Shown here one piece after another: positions 54,313-63,404 of a stretch of 64,000 nucleotides of DNA. The position numbers and the translations under genes were made by a program. How positions within the stretch are numbered: position 1 is the stretch's first letter; each line of letters begins with the position of its first letter. The notes below the pieces were generated by a model. It was not told where the DNA came from and searched no databases. It saw only the letters and a list, made by a program, of their open reading frames with translations. Origin of the DNA: an uncultured Victivallales bacterium (lineage in GTDB: Bacteria; Verrucomicrobiota; Kiritimatiellia; UBA8416); assembly GCA_964472315.1 (NCBI GenBank), contig CAYYJS010000007.1:14299-78298 (forward strand), read 5' to 3'.

Positions 54313-55533
54313 CTATGGCAGTTGCGCCAGAAACTCCGCGGCACCGGCCATAACAAGGGTGCGGCTGCCGGTCTGCACAACGCGCCACCCCGCACTTCCT
54401 GCACTCACTTGAATGGCTATGCCGCACGACAAGGATGGCAGGAATCGCCGCCAGTTTTGGGAGGGGGCCGCCTCTCCCAGCTTCGCCTCGACGGGAAGCC
54501 ACGGTTTGCCGTCGCGGGTAACGAGAAAATCGATCTCCATCCCCTCCTTGTTGCGCAGGTAATGCAATTCAAAGACGCCCTCACCCGAGTCCGTCCAGAG
54601 ATGGCAGGCCTTCAGTAGATGCAGCGCGACCAGATTCTCGAACCGAGCACCCGCCTCCGGCACTTCCGATGAATCCCACATATAGAACTTGCCTTCCTTG
54701 CGGATGGAGCGAGCAATGCTCGTGGTGTAGGGCTTGACCTCGAAGAGATAGTACAGTTCCTTGAGATAGGCCAACCAGCGTTTCACCGTCGGGTGTGATA
54801 CCTCCAGAAGATCGCGTAACGACGCCACGCTCAGAGGGCTTCCGACGCGTTCCGGCATCAGGGACGCGAGCATCTCCACCTGACTCAGTTCGGGAATGCG
54901 ACTCAGGTCGCGCAGGTCCTCGCGAATCACTCGTTCCAGCCTGTTGCGCCGCCAAAGACGAGCCTTGCGCTCGTCCTGAGCCAAGAAGGGCTCCGGGAAC
55001 GGACCATACCGCAACAGGGCTTCGAGGCTCGACTTCGTGGACTTTGTGGCCTCCGGCAAACCGCGAACCCATGCGGCCATGACCGCATCCGGCCGGGGTG
55101 CCGGGACCTCGCGCAACTCGCCCAGCGAGAAAGGATGGAGTCGGTAGTGATGGTATCGCCCGAGTAGACTGTCGCTGCCCTTGCGGTAAACATTGAGCCG
55201 GGCACTGCCCGTGACGAGGATATCGATGGGGTCGGTCAGTGTGTCATAGATCCCTTTCAGCGAGCTTTTCCACCCCTTGGCTTTGTGCAGCTCGTCAAAA
55301 ACGGCCATCGGCGGCGCGCCGACGGAGGGCACGGGGAGCGTTTGCTTGGGATCCTTGACCCACTGGCGACGGAAGGGAACGTCATCCCAGTTCCGGTACA
55401 CGCCATTCCGCTTCTTCAACATCATACGGGCCAGCGTCGTCTTCCCACATTGCCGTGGCCCGGACACAAAGGCCATCTTGTGGTCGGCAAACGTCAACGC
55501 CTCGATCACCGGCTCCAAGTATCTCGGTTTCAT
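54313..55533 (-). CDS. AAA-family ATPase with DUF4143-like C-terminal domain
   Basis: Walker A GPRQCGKTTLA; typical architecture of the ATPase/DUF4143 family. Confidence 0.65.
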   Translation of the reverse strand: MKPRYLEPVIEALTFADHKMAFVSGPRQCGKTTLARMMLKKRNGVYRNWDDVPFRRQWVKDPKQTLPVPSVGAPPMAVFDELHKAKGWKSSLKGIYDTLTDPIDILVTGSARLNVYRKGSDSLLGRYHHYRLHPFSLGELREVPAPRPDAVMAAWVRGLPEATKSTKSSLEALLRYGPFPEPFLAQDERKARLWRRNRLERVIREDLRDLSRIPELSQVEMLASLMPERVGSPLSVASLRDLLEVSHPTVKRWLAYLKELYYLFEVKPYTTSIARSIRKEGKFYMWDSSEVPEAGARFENLVALHLLKACHLWTDSGEGVFELHYLRNKEGMEIDFLVTRDGKPWLPVEAKLGEAAPSQNWRRFLPSLSCGIAIQVSAGSAGWRVVQTGSRTLVMAGAAEFLAQLP

Positions 55534-55975
55534 TTGCGACTATAGTGACGCCTGGCGTTAATCCAGTCAAGACTTGAAAGGCATCCCTTCGGACGGCTCT
55601 GCCCGACTTGCCGATCCGGGGCGACGGCGTTTCGTCGTCGGTCTTGCGCTGGTCGCTCGCTTCCCTTGCTCCGAATGGCCTCCCGCCGTCTTTCCGCCAG
55701 CTTCACCGACACCCGCCGCAGGCGGGGCAGTCGGTCGTCGTCAGCCACGAGCGACGTCGAATGGCCTCCCGGCGGCTCTCGATCCCGGAGGTCCCGAATC
55801 CGGGCGCGCGTCTTCACTTCCTCTGGTTCCGTATGTCTGCATGCCGTGAAGCCCTTCGATAAGACTCAGGACACGGCCGGTTGCGGCCCGGACACGCCGG
55901 AGCCTCCGGCTCTGGCGTGGAAGGGGCGCAACCGGCGGAGCGGCGAGAAGTCACCAAGTGGCGTTCAGCCACTTG

Positions 55976-56980
55976 TCATGCCTTCGAGTCTTTTGGGCGA
56001 AGGTCTCTCACCACGCGCGGTGCGTGCTCAGTCTGGATCCCGTATTGCTCAGAGAGAACCGCCGCTATGTCGGCCGGTGTGACTTCTTTCCGTGCAGTGC
56101 CCGATGTCAGCGCGGAAACCTTCACGAAGGTTGCCGCACTTTCGATGAGGTCAACGATCCGATCCGGCATCGCGCGTTCCTCCGGCATCTCACTGGTCGC
56201 CCTGACGATGGCGGCAACGGCTGCCGGTTCAAAGGTGATTCCCTGCGCAGCCGCGATCTCTTTCGCCCAAGCGTCCGCGAGATCGCAGCACTCCTCCTGT
56301 GACGGGTCAGCAAGTTGAACCACATGGAAACGCCGCACCAGCGATGGGGCCTTGTCCGCCAACTCTTTCCACATGGCGGGCGCAGTTGTGACGATACACG
56401 GCGTCACTTGCTCGGCCAGGACAGTTGTCAGAAGCGCGAAAATGGCATCGGACTTCAGGTGGGCCGGAAAGAGCCCGTTGAAATCGTCCAGCACAAGAAT
56501 GGCCGACCGTCGTCGACTGAGTAAGCGGAACAGGTGCGAGAGACGCCGACAGACTTCCGCCGCGCCTTCGCAGTCCGACGCAATATCGCTTCCGTGAAGC
56601 TCCAGGAGTTCGCAGTCGGTCAAAGAATGAGGAGTCTTCCTTCGCAGAAGTGTCGTTGCGAGACCCTCCACCAGTGCCGTTTTACCCACTCCTGGTTTTC
56701 CGACAACCGCAATGTGTCGCGTCCCTGTCCGGGCGAGAAAACGAAGCATCTTCCGCAATTCGCCTTCTCGCCCCTCAAACGGCGCGAGTTTTCCCTCGTG
56801 CGCCAGGCGCGAGAGATTTCGACCAAACCATTCCGCGAAACGGCCGCCCGGTTTGGCGTGTCCGTCTTCGAGAATCTCCCACTTGGCCCCTTTGGAACTG
56901 GGCCGCGCGTGTGGTCGCTTGAGACTCTCCAGACTCACGCATCCCGCGCAAGACGGCAATCTCGGCATGCGCGATGCCAA
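55976..56980 (-). CDS. Single-domain Clp-like AAA+ ATPase (ClpA/ClpB D1-like)
   Basis: GREGELRKMLRFLARTGTRHIAVVGKPGVGKTALVEGLATTLL resembles the ClpA/B AAA-1 module (GRDEEI...LIGEPGVGKTAIVEGLA); Walker B ILVLDDF. Confidence 0.55.
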   Translation of the reverse strand: MASRMPRLPSCAGCVSLESLKRPHARPSSKGAKWEILEDGHAKPGGRFAEWFGRNLSRLAHEGKLAPFEGREGELRKMLRFLARTGTRHIAVVGKPGVGKTALVEGLATTLLRRKTPHSLTDCELLELHGSDIASDCEGAAEVCRRLSHLFRLLSRRRSAILVLDDFNGLFPAHLKSDAIFALLTTVLAEQVTPCIVTTAPAMWKELADKAPSLVRRFHVVQLADPSQEECCDLADAWAKEIAAAQGITFEPAAVAAIVRATSEMPEERAMPDRIVDLIESAATFVKVSALTSGTARKEVTPADIAAVLSEQYGIQTEHAPRVVRDLRPKDSKA

Positions 56981-57272
56981 GATGAATGCCGAAGTCTATG
57001 GTGGTGCGGGCTGACATGGGCGTTCATTGGTTGCCGGAAACTACGTCCGTTTGCGCCGCGGGCCAGACTCCCTCACGGCCATTGGGGTCGGCGTCGCTTC
57101 CAAATAGGAGCGACCGACTTCGCTCCAGAATCGCTGCGACGCCTCGTGAAAGTAGACGAGCAGACGATCTGCGGATAGACCGCGAGTCTCCCGCGCGATG
57201 CGCGCCTGCGCCCGATCCTTCATCTCGATGCACCGAAACCCTGCCGTCTTCGGAAACCGCTCCCAGAATGCT

Positions 57273-57770
57273 TCATTCATCGAAACTCACCTCCTTCGGG
57301 CTGACAATCGTCAAAACGCCGTAGCCGTTGAGCAGGTTCACCTGATTGTACCCTTTGATCTTATCCAGTTTAACAATGTGCCGGAAGTTCCATGATACGA
57401 TGGCATCCGCCCGGGCCACGGTCGCCGCCGCCACATGCCGGCAATCGTCCAGCCACGCTTCCGGCACGACGCCGCGCGCCACATACTCGCGCGCCAGCGA
57501 CTCGACTTCGGAAGTAAAGGCGACTCGCTCGCGGTGTACGTCCGGCAGATCGCTGAAAAGCTGCCGGACCAGCTCCGGCGCGTCGAGCAACTCCGCTTCC
57601 AGCACTTCCGTGAAGAGCAAACGCGCCTTGCCGTCCAGCACGGCGGCAATGACACGCCGCGAGTCGGCCGCGAACTCGTCGTCAAAACAGCCGCCGATCA
57701 CGGACGTGTCCAGATACAGCCGCCAGGGATTGCCTGGAAGCCTCGTTGACTGGGCAACCTTACGCTTCAT
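57273..57770 (-). CDS. PIN-domain protein (VapC-like putative toxin)
   Basis: Acidic residues in PIN positions: YLDTSVI, TEVLEAEL, LDDCRHVAAATVARADAIVSWNFRHI. Confidence 0.5.
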   Translation of the reverse strand: MKRKVAQSTRLPGNPWRLYLDTSVIGGCFDDEFAADSRRVIAAVLDGKARLLFTEVLEAELLDAPELVRQLFSDLPDVHRERVAFTSEVESLAREYVARGVVPEAWLDDCRHVAAATVARADAIVSWNFRHIVKLDKIKGYNQVNLLNGYGVLTIVSPKEVSFDE

Positions 57771-58062
57771 AGATCAGTCTCCCTTCGCGTGCGACGGTAG
57801 CGGGCAGGGATGTCACGACCGCCAATCCCTTCTCAAACTCCCGCCGCGTGAAAACGAGCACATCCTTTGCGATTCCCATGCCGCACAACGCGCGGAATGC
57901 CTGCTGCTCCCGCTTGTGGCGCGGCAGCGGCGAATCTCGAACGACGACAAGGAAGTCGAAGTCGCTCTGCTCCGTGGCCTCGCCGCGGGCGCGGGAACCG
58001 AAAAGGTAGATACGTTCTGCGGGCATACTGCCGCGCAAGCGGCGCGGAACAATGCTGTGCAT
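57760..58062 (-). CDS. Nucleotidyltransferase (Pol-beta/MNT superfamily) domain protein, overlapping the PIN gene
   Basis: LFGSRARGEATEQSDFDFLVVV (GS-x9-DxD) nucleotidyltransferase motif; 11-nt overlap with the downstream PIN gene. Confidence 0.6.
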   Translation of the reverse strand: MHSIVPRRLRGSMPAERIYLFGSRARGEATEQSDFDFLVVVRDSPLPRHKREQQAFRALCGMGIAKDVLVFTRREFEKGLAVVTSLPATVAREGRLIYEA

Positions 58063-58120
58063 GAAAAGCGAGTCTCACCGGCGATTCTAGGCATATTGTC
58101 GTCATATTGCTTCCTTGTTT

Positions 58121-59905
58121 CTATTCCGCGTTCTCTGTGGAGAGTTCAGCTTGTCGTAACACGAGTTGTGTTGCGTCTTCGGCGAGATCGGGCGGATAGC
58201 CGTACTTGGCCAGCAGGCGGCGGACGTTGCGACGCAGACTTGCCCGAACCGATTCGCGCTGGGTCCAGTCGAGTTTAGGCATGCGGCGTACCATCTCCGT
58301 GAGTTCACGCGCCATGAGGCGCAGGGCGTCTATCTGCATGATCTCGCGGGCAGAACCGTTTTCTGCCAAAGCATCGTAGAATGCGGTTTCCTCGCTGGTC
58401 AGTCCGAGTTCTTCGCCGTGCTTCTGCGCGTCCCGCAGGGTCTTTGCCAGATCAATCAGCCGCGTGATCATCTCGGCGGTGGCCCCCTTCTCGCGGGCAG
58501 ACCGCTTCCGGGGCGACGAATCCGCTTGAAGGAACAGGATGTATTCATTCTGCACGTCCACGGCGATGGTTTTGCCCTTCGTAATGACGGAAAGGTCATC
58601 AGGCGACAACTTGACGACATCGCCGCCCCAGCGGCGGCCGAAGGGTGTGTCGGCACCGTCGGTGGCATCGAAAGGCGCGGGCACGATGTGGATCTGTTCC
58701 GCACGGTAGCGGGCACGGGATTCGCGGCATTCGGATGCGCCGCCGCCTTGCGTAGCAGCGGCTTCAGTTTTGCCGGAAAGATCGCCCAGTTCGGCCTCGA
58801 GCTCCTCGACGGTCGGGAGGTTGCCTTTGAGTTCGGTCGGTAGATCTTCGGTGAGCTGCTTCTTCCAATCGGCCACACCGATCGGGCGGTTGAACCCGCT
58901 GAGCGCATATTCCGCGATGATACGATCCTTGCCCTTGCACAGTAGCAGGCCAATGGTGGGTTTGTCGTCAACGTGCCGCAGCAGGTCATCCACGGCGGAC
59001 ATGTACATATTGAGCTTGCCGACGAACTCCGGTGCGAACGGGACCGCCTTGAGTTCTACCACCACATAACAGCGCAGCTTGAGATGGTAGAACAGGAGGT
59101 CGAGGTAGTAATCGGCGCTGGAGAATTCGAGATGCACCTGGCGTCCGACGAAGGCAAACCCCGCGCCGAGTTCAAGCAGGAATTTCTGCACGTGATCCAC
59201 CAGCGCCTGTTCGACCTCCCGCTCGCGGCGGGGATCGGCGGTGCCGATGAAGTCGAACAGGTAAGGGTCCTTGAATATCTGCGCGGCCATGTCGGAGTCG
59301 GCGGGCGGCAGCGCAGCGGCGAAGTTGTGGACGGCTTTGCCCTGACGCTTATGCAGGTTGTTCTCGATCTGCAAAGCGAGGATGTTCCGCGACCAGCCGT
59401 TTTCAACGGTTTTGGCTGCGTACCAGAGCCGTTTATCTCGTGCCTTGAGCTTCTCGATCAAGGCCAGATTGTGGTACCAGGTGATTTGTGCAAGCGACGC
59501 TTGCACAATTGCGCGATCTGGCCAGGCCTCCGAGAATTTCCGCATGTATTTGAGGTTGCGCGCCGATAACCCCCGCATGTCAGGAAAGGCCTCGCGCAGG
59601 TCGGCGGAGAGCCTGTCAATGACCTTGGCGCCCCAGCCTTCGCGCTCCTGCCTCTGGAGAATGACCTGCCCGATATCCCAATAGAGCAACGTCATGGCCG
59701 CATTGGCGGAAAGCACCACACGCAGACGTTCGGTGCGAATCCGTTCTTTGAGGTCGTTCAATGTGGACGCATATCCGCCCGGAAGCGCCACATGAGAAGG
59801 CGGCACCGGGAAGGCCGCGCCCTCCCGGGCTCGACCGCGCGCCAAGCGGGATAGTGCTGCTCCGTCGGTGGCAGGCGTCTCCGCCGCTTTGCGTTTAGCT
59901 GCCAT
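58121..59905 (-). CDS. Fusion of a DUF1016 (YhcG-like PD-(D/E)xK nuclease) N-terminal region with a type I restriction HsdR C-terminal (DUF3387-like) domain
   Basis: N-terminal LKERIRTERLRVVLSANAAMTLLYWDIG and ELKAVPFAPEFVGKLNMY PD-(D/E)xK region. C-terminal ETAFYDAL...LTEMVRRMPKLDWTQRESVRASLRRNVRRLLAKYGYPPD matches the conserved HsdR C-terminal helical domain. ATG overlaps the hsdM end. Confidence 0.6.
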   Translation of the reverse strand: MAAKRKAAETPATDGAALSRLARGRAREGAAFPVPPSHVALPGGYASTLNDLKERIRTERLRVVLSANAAMTLLYWDIGQVILQRQEREGWGAKVIDRLSADLREAFPDMRGLSARNLKYMRKFSEAWPDRAIVQASLAQITWYHNLALIEKLKARDKRLWYAAKTVENGWSRNILALQIENNLHKRQGKAVHNFAAALPPADSDMAAQIFKDPYLFDFIGTADPRREREVEQALVDHVQKFLLELGAGFAFVGRQVHLEFSSADYYLDLLFYHLKLRCYVVVELKAVPFAPEFVGKLNMYMSAVDDLLRHVDDKPTIGLLLCKGKDRIIAEYALSGFNRPIGVADWKKQLTEDLPTELKGNLPTVEELEAELGDLSGKTEAAATQGGGASECRESRARYRAEQIHIVPAPFDATDGADTPFGRRWGGDVVKLSPDDLSVITKGKTIAVDVQNEYILFLQADSSPRKRSAREKGATAEMITRLIDLAKTLRDAQKHGEELGLTSEETAFYDALAENGSAREIMQIDALRLMARELTEMVRRMPKLDWTQRESVRASLRRNVRRLLAKYGYPPDLAEDATQLVLRQAELSTENAE

Positions 59906-61571
59906 TGCGCAACCCTTCAAGCCGCGCGCGCACGACTCCCATCAACCGTTCGCCCTCGCCGAAGCACGCCTCCAACTTCGCCAGCAGACGCGGATACTGC
60001 TCCGCGAAGGGCTCGGCGTCCTCTTCCTGCGCCTCCGCGCCGACGTACCGGCCGGGAGTGAGCACAAAGCCGTGCTTCTTGATCCCTTCGATCTTCTCCG
60101 CCTTGCAGAAACCGGGGATGTCGCGGTACTCCCATATGCCATGCTGCGCCTCGTCCCACCAATCCGGCGCGGGTTCCCCGCGCCATTGGCGGAAGGCGTA
60201 GACCATACGGCCGATGTCGGAGTCCGGTTTCGGGTCGCCCAACCCATCGGCCAGCATGGACTCGCCGTCATCGCCGCCGGTAAGCACGCGCAGAATGCGG
60301 GTTTGCATCGTTCCGAGTTTGCGGGCGTCCAGAAAAAGCATCTCGCCACTGCGATCCCGTCCGCCGTGCTTGAGATTCTTTCCCGTCTTGTTGCGGGTGA
60401 GGAACCAGAGGCAGGCGGGAATGCCTGTGGTGAGGAATAGTTGGGACGGCAATGCTATGACTGCATCCACGAGATCCGCCTCGACGATGCGCTGGCGGAT
60501 GTTGCCCTCAGCACCCCCCGCGGAGAGCGAGCCATTGGCCATGACAAACCCGGCCACACCGCCGCCTCGCCCGTTGGGCGTCGCGAGATGGTGGATGAAG
60601 TGTTGTATCCAGGCGAAGTTGGCGTTGCCAGTGGGCGGCGTGCCGTACTGCCATCGCACGTCGTCGGCCAGCAGTTTTCCGGACCAGTCGGAGATGTTGA
60701 ACGGCGGATTGGCAAGGATGTAGTCAGCGCGCAAGTCGGGATGAAGGTTGCGCAGAAACGTGTCCGCCGGTTGCGAACCGAGATTGGCCTCGATGCCGCG
60801 GATGGCGAGGTTCATGTGCGCCAGCCGCCAGGTGGTGGGATTGGATTCCTGCCCGAAGATGGAAATATCGGTCTTCTGTCCGCCGTGGGCTTCGACGAAG
60901 CGTTCAGACTGGATGAACATGCCCGCCGAACCGCAGCATGGGTCATAGACCCGGCCCTCGTAGGGTTCAAGCATCTCGACCAGCAGTCGCACGATACAGC
61001 GCGGCGTAAAAAACTCGCCGCCGAGTTTGCCTTCAGCCTGGGCGAATTTGCCGAGGAAATATTCGTAGACCCGTCCCAGCGTGTCACGGGCCTTCGCGCG
61101 GTCGCCCTTGAAACCGATGTTGGCGATCAGGTCAATCAGCCCCTTCATCTTTTCGGGCGCAATGCCCCGGCGAGCGTAGTCGCGTGGGAGTTTGCTCTTG
61201 AGGTTCGGATTGTCGCGCTCGACGGCAAGGATGGCGTCGTCGATGAGGGTTGCGATCTCGGGCCGCGCGGCCTGATTCTGGAGATTGGCCCAGCGTGCCT
61301 CAGGCGGCACCCAGAAGACCCGTTCGGCGGTGTACTCGTCACGGTTCTCGAGGAGGCTTTCGATCTGCGGGCCGGCAATGCCGTCGGCTTCCAGTTCCGC
61401 CCGGAGTTCCACGCGTCGCGCCTCGAACGAATCGGAGATGTATTTGAGGAAGAGCAGGCCGAGGACGACATGCTTGTACTCGGCGGCGTCGATCTGGCCG
61501 CGCAGGGCGTCGGCCGATTTCCAGAGGATCTCGGCGCTCGCCAAGTCCGAGTTGTTTCCATTGTCTGCCAT
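59895..61571 (-). CDS. hsdM: Type I restriction-modification N6-adenine DNA methyltransferase subunit HsdM
   Basis: RBS AAGGAGA; HsdM N-terminal domain (LWKSADALRG...); motif I (VYDPCCGSAGMFIQ) and motif IV NPPF. No hsdS or hsdR nearby. Confidence 0.85.
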   Translation of the reverse strand: MADNGNNSDLASAEILWKSADALRGQIDAAEYKHVVLGLLFLKYISDSFEARRVELRAELEADGIAGPQIESLLENRDEYTAERVFWVPPEARWANLQNQAARPEIATLIDDAILAVERDNPNLKSKLPRDYARRGIAPEKMKGLIDLIANIGFKGDRAKARDTLGRVYEYFLGKFAQAEGKLGGEFFTPRCIVRLLVEMLEPYEGRVYDPCCGSAGMFIQSERFVEAHGGQKTDISIFGQESNPTTWRLAHMNLAIRGIEANLGSQPADTFLRNLHPDLRADYILANPPFNISDWSGKLLADDVRWQYGTPPTGNANFAWIQHFIHHLATPNGRGGGVAGFVMANGSLSAGGAEGNIRQRIVEADLVDAVIALPSQLFLTTGIPACLWFLTRNKTGKNLKHGGRDRSGEMLFLDARKLGTMQTRILRVLTGGDDGESMLADGLGDPKPDSDIGRMVYAFRQWRGEPAPDWWDEAQHGIWEYRDIPGFCKAEKIEGIKKHGFVLTPGRYVGAEAQEEDAEPFAEQYPRLLAKLEACFGEGERLMGVVRARLEGLRNGS

Positions 61572-61572
61572 A

Positions 61573-61779
61573 TCAGAAGTCTCCTTGCGTATGGCTACTC
61601 TTCTGGGCGGCCTTTCCTGAGTCCACCCACTTGTCGACCTCACTCAGTTTGATCTTCCACAGTCTACCGACCTTCCGGGCGGGCATGCCCTTGCGCTCGA
61701 TCCAAACATAGACCGTTTCCCGTTTGATGCCCAAGTGCTCAGCCACTTCTTCAACCGAGGACCACGGCTCTCTCTTCAT
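61573..61779 (-). CDS. Small HTH DNA-binding protein of the excisionase/AlpA-like family
   Basis: EVAEHLGIKRETVYVWIERKGMPARKVGRLWKIKLSEVDKWV, a typical Xis/MerR-like wHTH. Confidence 0.5.
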   Translation of the reverse strand: MKREPWSSVEEVAEHLGIKRETVYVWIERKGMPARKVGRLWKIKLSEVDKWVDSGKAAQKSSHTQGDF

Positions 61780-62017
61780 AGTCAATTCCCCTGGCGTTGC
61801 CGCATTGGCACGGAATGCACTCATATGTATCCCGTTACACAGGGAAAGACAAGGATGACCTCAATTCGTGACAGTGCTGCCCCGGAACCGCCGTCGCGCG
61901 CACCGCGTGAGGGGGCGCAAGAGCGGATACCGCTTTGACGGCCTGGAATACGGGAACCCTTCGGCAAGCTCAGGGCAGGCAAGCGCGCTCAGCCTTGGAG
62001 GGCGCGACGGCGGACGC

Positions 62018-62077
62018 GGCGATTCTTGCCCACCGAAGCGCCTGGCGCGAAGGGGGATTCAGCCACGATCAGACCAC
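62018..62077. repeat. Right copy of the ~58-bp imperfect direct repeat bounding the island
   Basis: See 54213..54270. Confidence 0.5.
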
Positions 62078-63334
62078 GGGGCCGGGAACCGGACATGCAA
62101 GACGGGATCGGTCTTCCGGTCGTTCGTCTTGTCCGTAGCATGCGAACCAGATGGTTCCGGCCAATCCGAAGCCGGAGGCGATGAGGAAGTTTGTCGCCGG
62201 TCCGATCTGCCATAGAAACGCGCCACCAAAGGCGGCCACCGAGACGACGACGTCTCGCATCAGGTAGTACAGCCCGAACATGGCGGCCTTCCGTCCTTCG
62301 GGCGCCAGGTCCATGATCAGGGCCTTGCGCGTCGGTTCGCCAAACTCCTTCAGGCCTCTCAGCACGAAAGCCGCGACCAGCGGCCAGAACGACTGGCAGT
62401 GGATCAGGGCCAGCGGGAACAACGTGAAGAACACGAACGTCAGCAAGACGAACGGCTTTTTCGTGGTCCGGTCCGCCAGCCACGCCACGGGGATGTAGAC
62501 GAGGACCGCCGTAACCATCTCGACGCTGGTGAGCACGCCAAATTCGAAGGCCGAAACCGGCGATGCCACGCGCTTCATGGCCCAGACCACCACGAAGGCA
62601 TACGGTATCTGCTCGCAGAATCGCACCAGAATGTCCGAGACCAGAAGGCGGCGCAGCGCCGGCGACATCTCGCGGAACAGCCGCATCGGATTCCGTTCCG
62701 CCGACGGTTCGTCACCTTCATCCGGCGCATGCGCGGGGATCAGGCGCTGTTGCAGGACCAGGGCGACAACCGCCAGCGCCAGGGCGCCGACAAACGCCAC
62801 GCGCACGCCGGCGGTCTCGCCCCACCGGTTGATGAATAGGCCGCCGACCAGCGGCCCCAACGCCATCGGGATACGGCGCACCAGCGAATGCATGGAGACG
62901 CCCATCGTCCGTTTGTTCTTCGGCAGGACGCGCGATACCAGGTCCATGGTCGCCGGCAGCGAAATCGCGGTCCAGGAGAGGAAGAAGAACGAGCCGCCGA
63001 TCACCGCCGGCCATGCGGGGATCAGGATCACGATCAGGAATCCGACCATGGCCAGGAGATTGAAGACCAGAAGCGCCCGCTTGGTGCCGAGGCGATCCGA
63101 AAGGTAGCCGCCCGGGAACGAGTACAGCGCCGAGAGGAGGTTGTCGAGACCGTTCAACAGACCGACCGATAGCACGCCCCCGCCGAGGGCCATCAGGTAG
63201 ATCGGCAGGAAGCGTTCGGCCATCCGCTCGCCCATGCCGACGAGGATGACCATGCCGAGCAGCCCCGCGATGCCACGGTTGAGCCCGAGGAAGGCCAGCG
63301 CCGTGTAAGCGGAACGACAGGATGCGGGTTTCAT
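62069..63334 (-). CDS. MFS-family transporter (12 TM)
   Basis: Hydrophobic 12-TM profile; start at MKPASCRS (63334); the upstream ORF part is P/S/T-rich low complexity. Confidence 0.7.
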   Translation of the reverse strand: MKPASCRSAYTALAFLGLNRGIAGLLGMVILVGMGERMAERFLPIYLMALGGGVLSVGLLNGLDNLLSALYSFPGGYLSDRLGTKRALLVFNLLAMVGFLIVILIPAWPAVIGGSFFFLSWTAISLPATMDLVSRVLPKNKRTMGVSMHSLVRRIPMALGPLVGGLFINRWGETAGVRVAFVGALALAVVALVLQQRLIPAHAPDEGDEPSAERNPMRLFREMSPALRRLLVSDILVRFCEQIPYAFVVVWAMKRVASPVSAFEFGVLTSVEMVTAVLVYIPVAWLADRTTKKPFVLLTFVFFTLFPLALIHCQSFWPLVAAFVLRGLKEFGEPTRKALIMDLAPEGRKAAMFGLYYLMRDVVVSVAAFGGAFLWQIGPATNFLIASGFGLAGTIWFACYGQDERPEDRSRLACPVPGPVV

Positions 63335-63404
63335 GGGTTTCGCATCGAGCGCCCCGTGCGTGTTGGCGGCTTGGGACCCGCTCCCGGATGGAGCGGGCGT
63401 GACG

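Noticed and set aside
61940-62077. Possible second tRNA or tRNA fragment at the right island border (GGAGGGCGCGACGG...)
   Set aside because: Only the first six nucleotides resemble the tRNA-Ser 5' end. No cloverleaf can be folded. Interpreted as part of the repeat or att context only.
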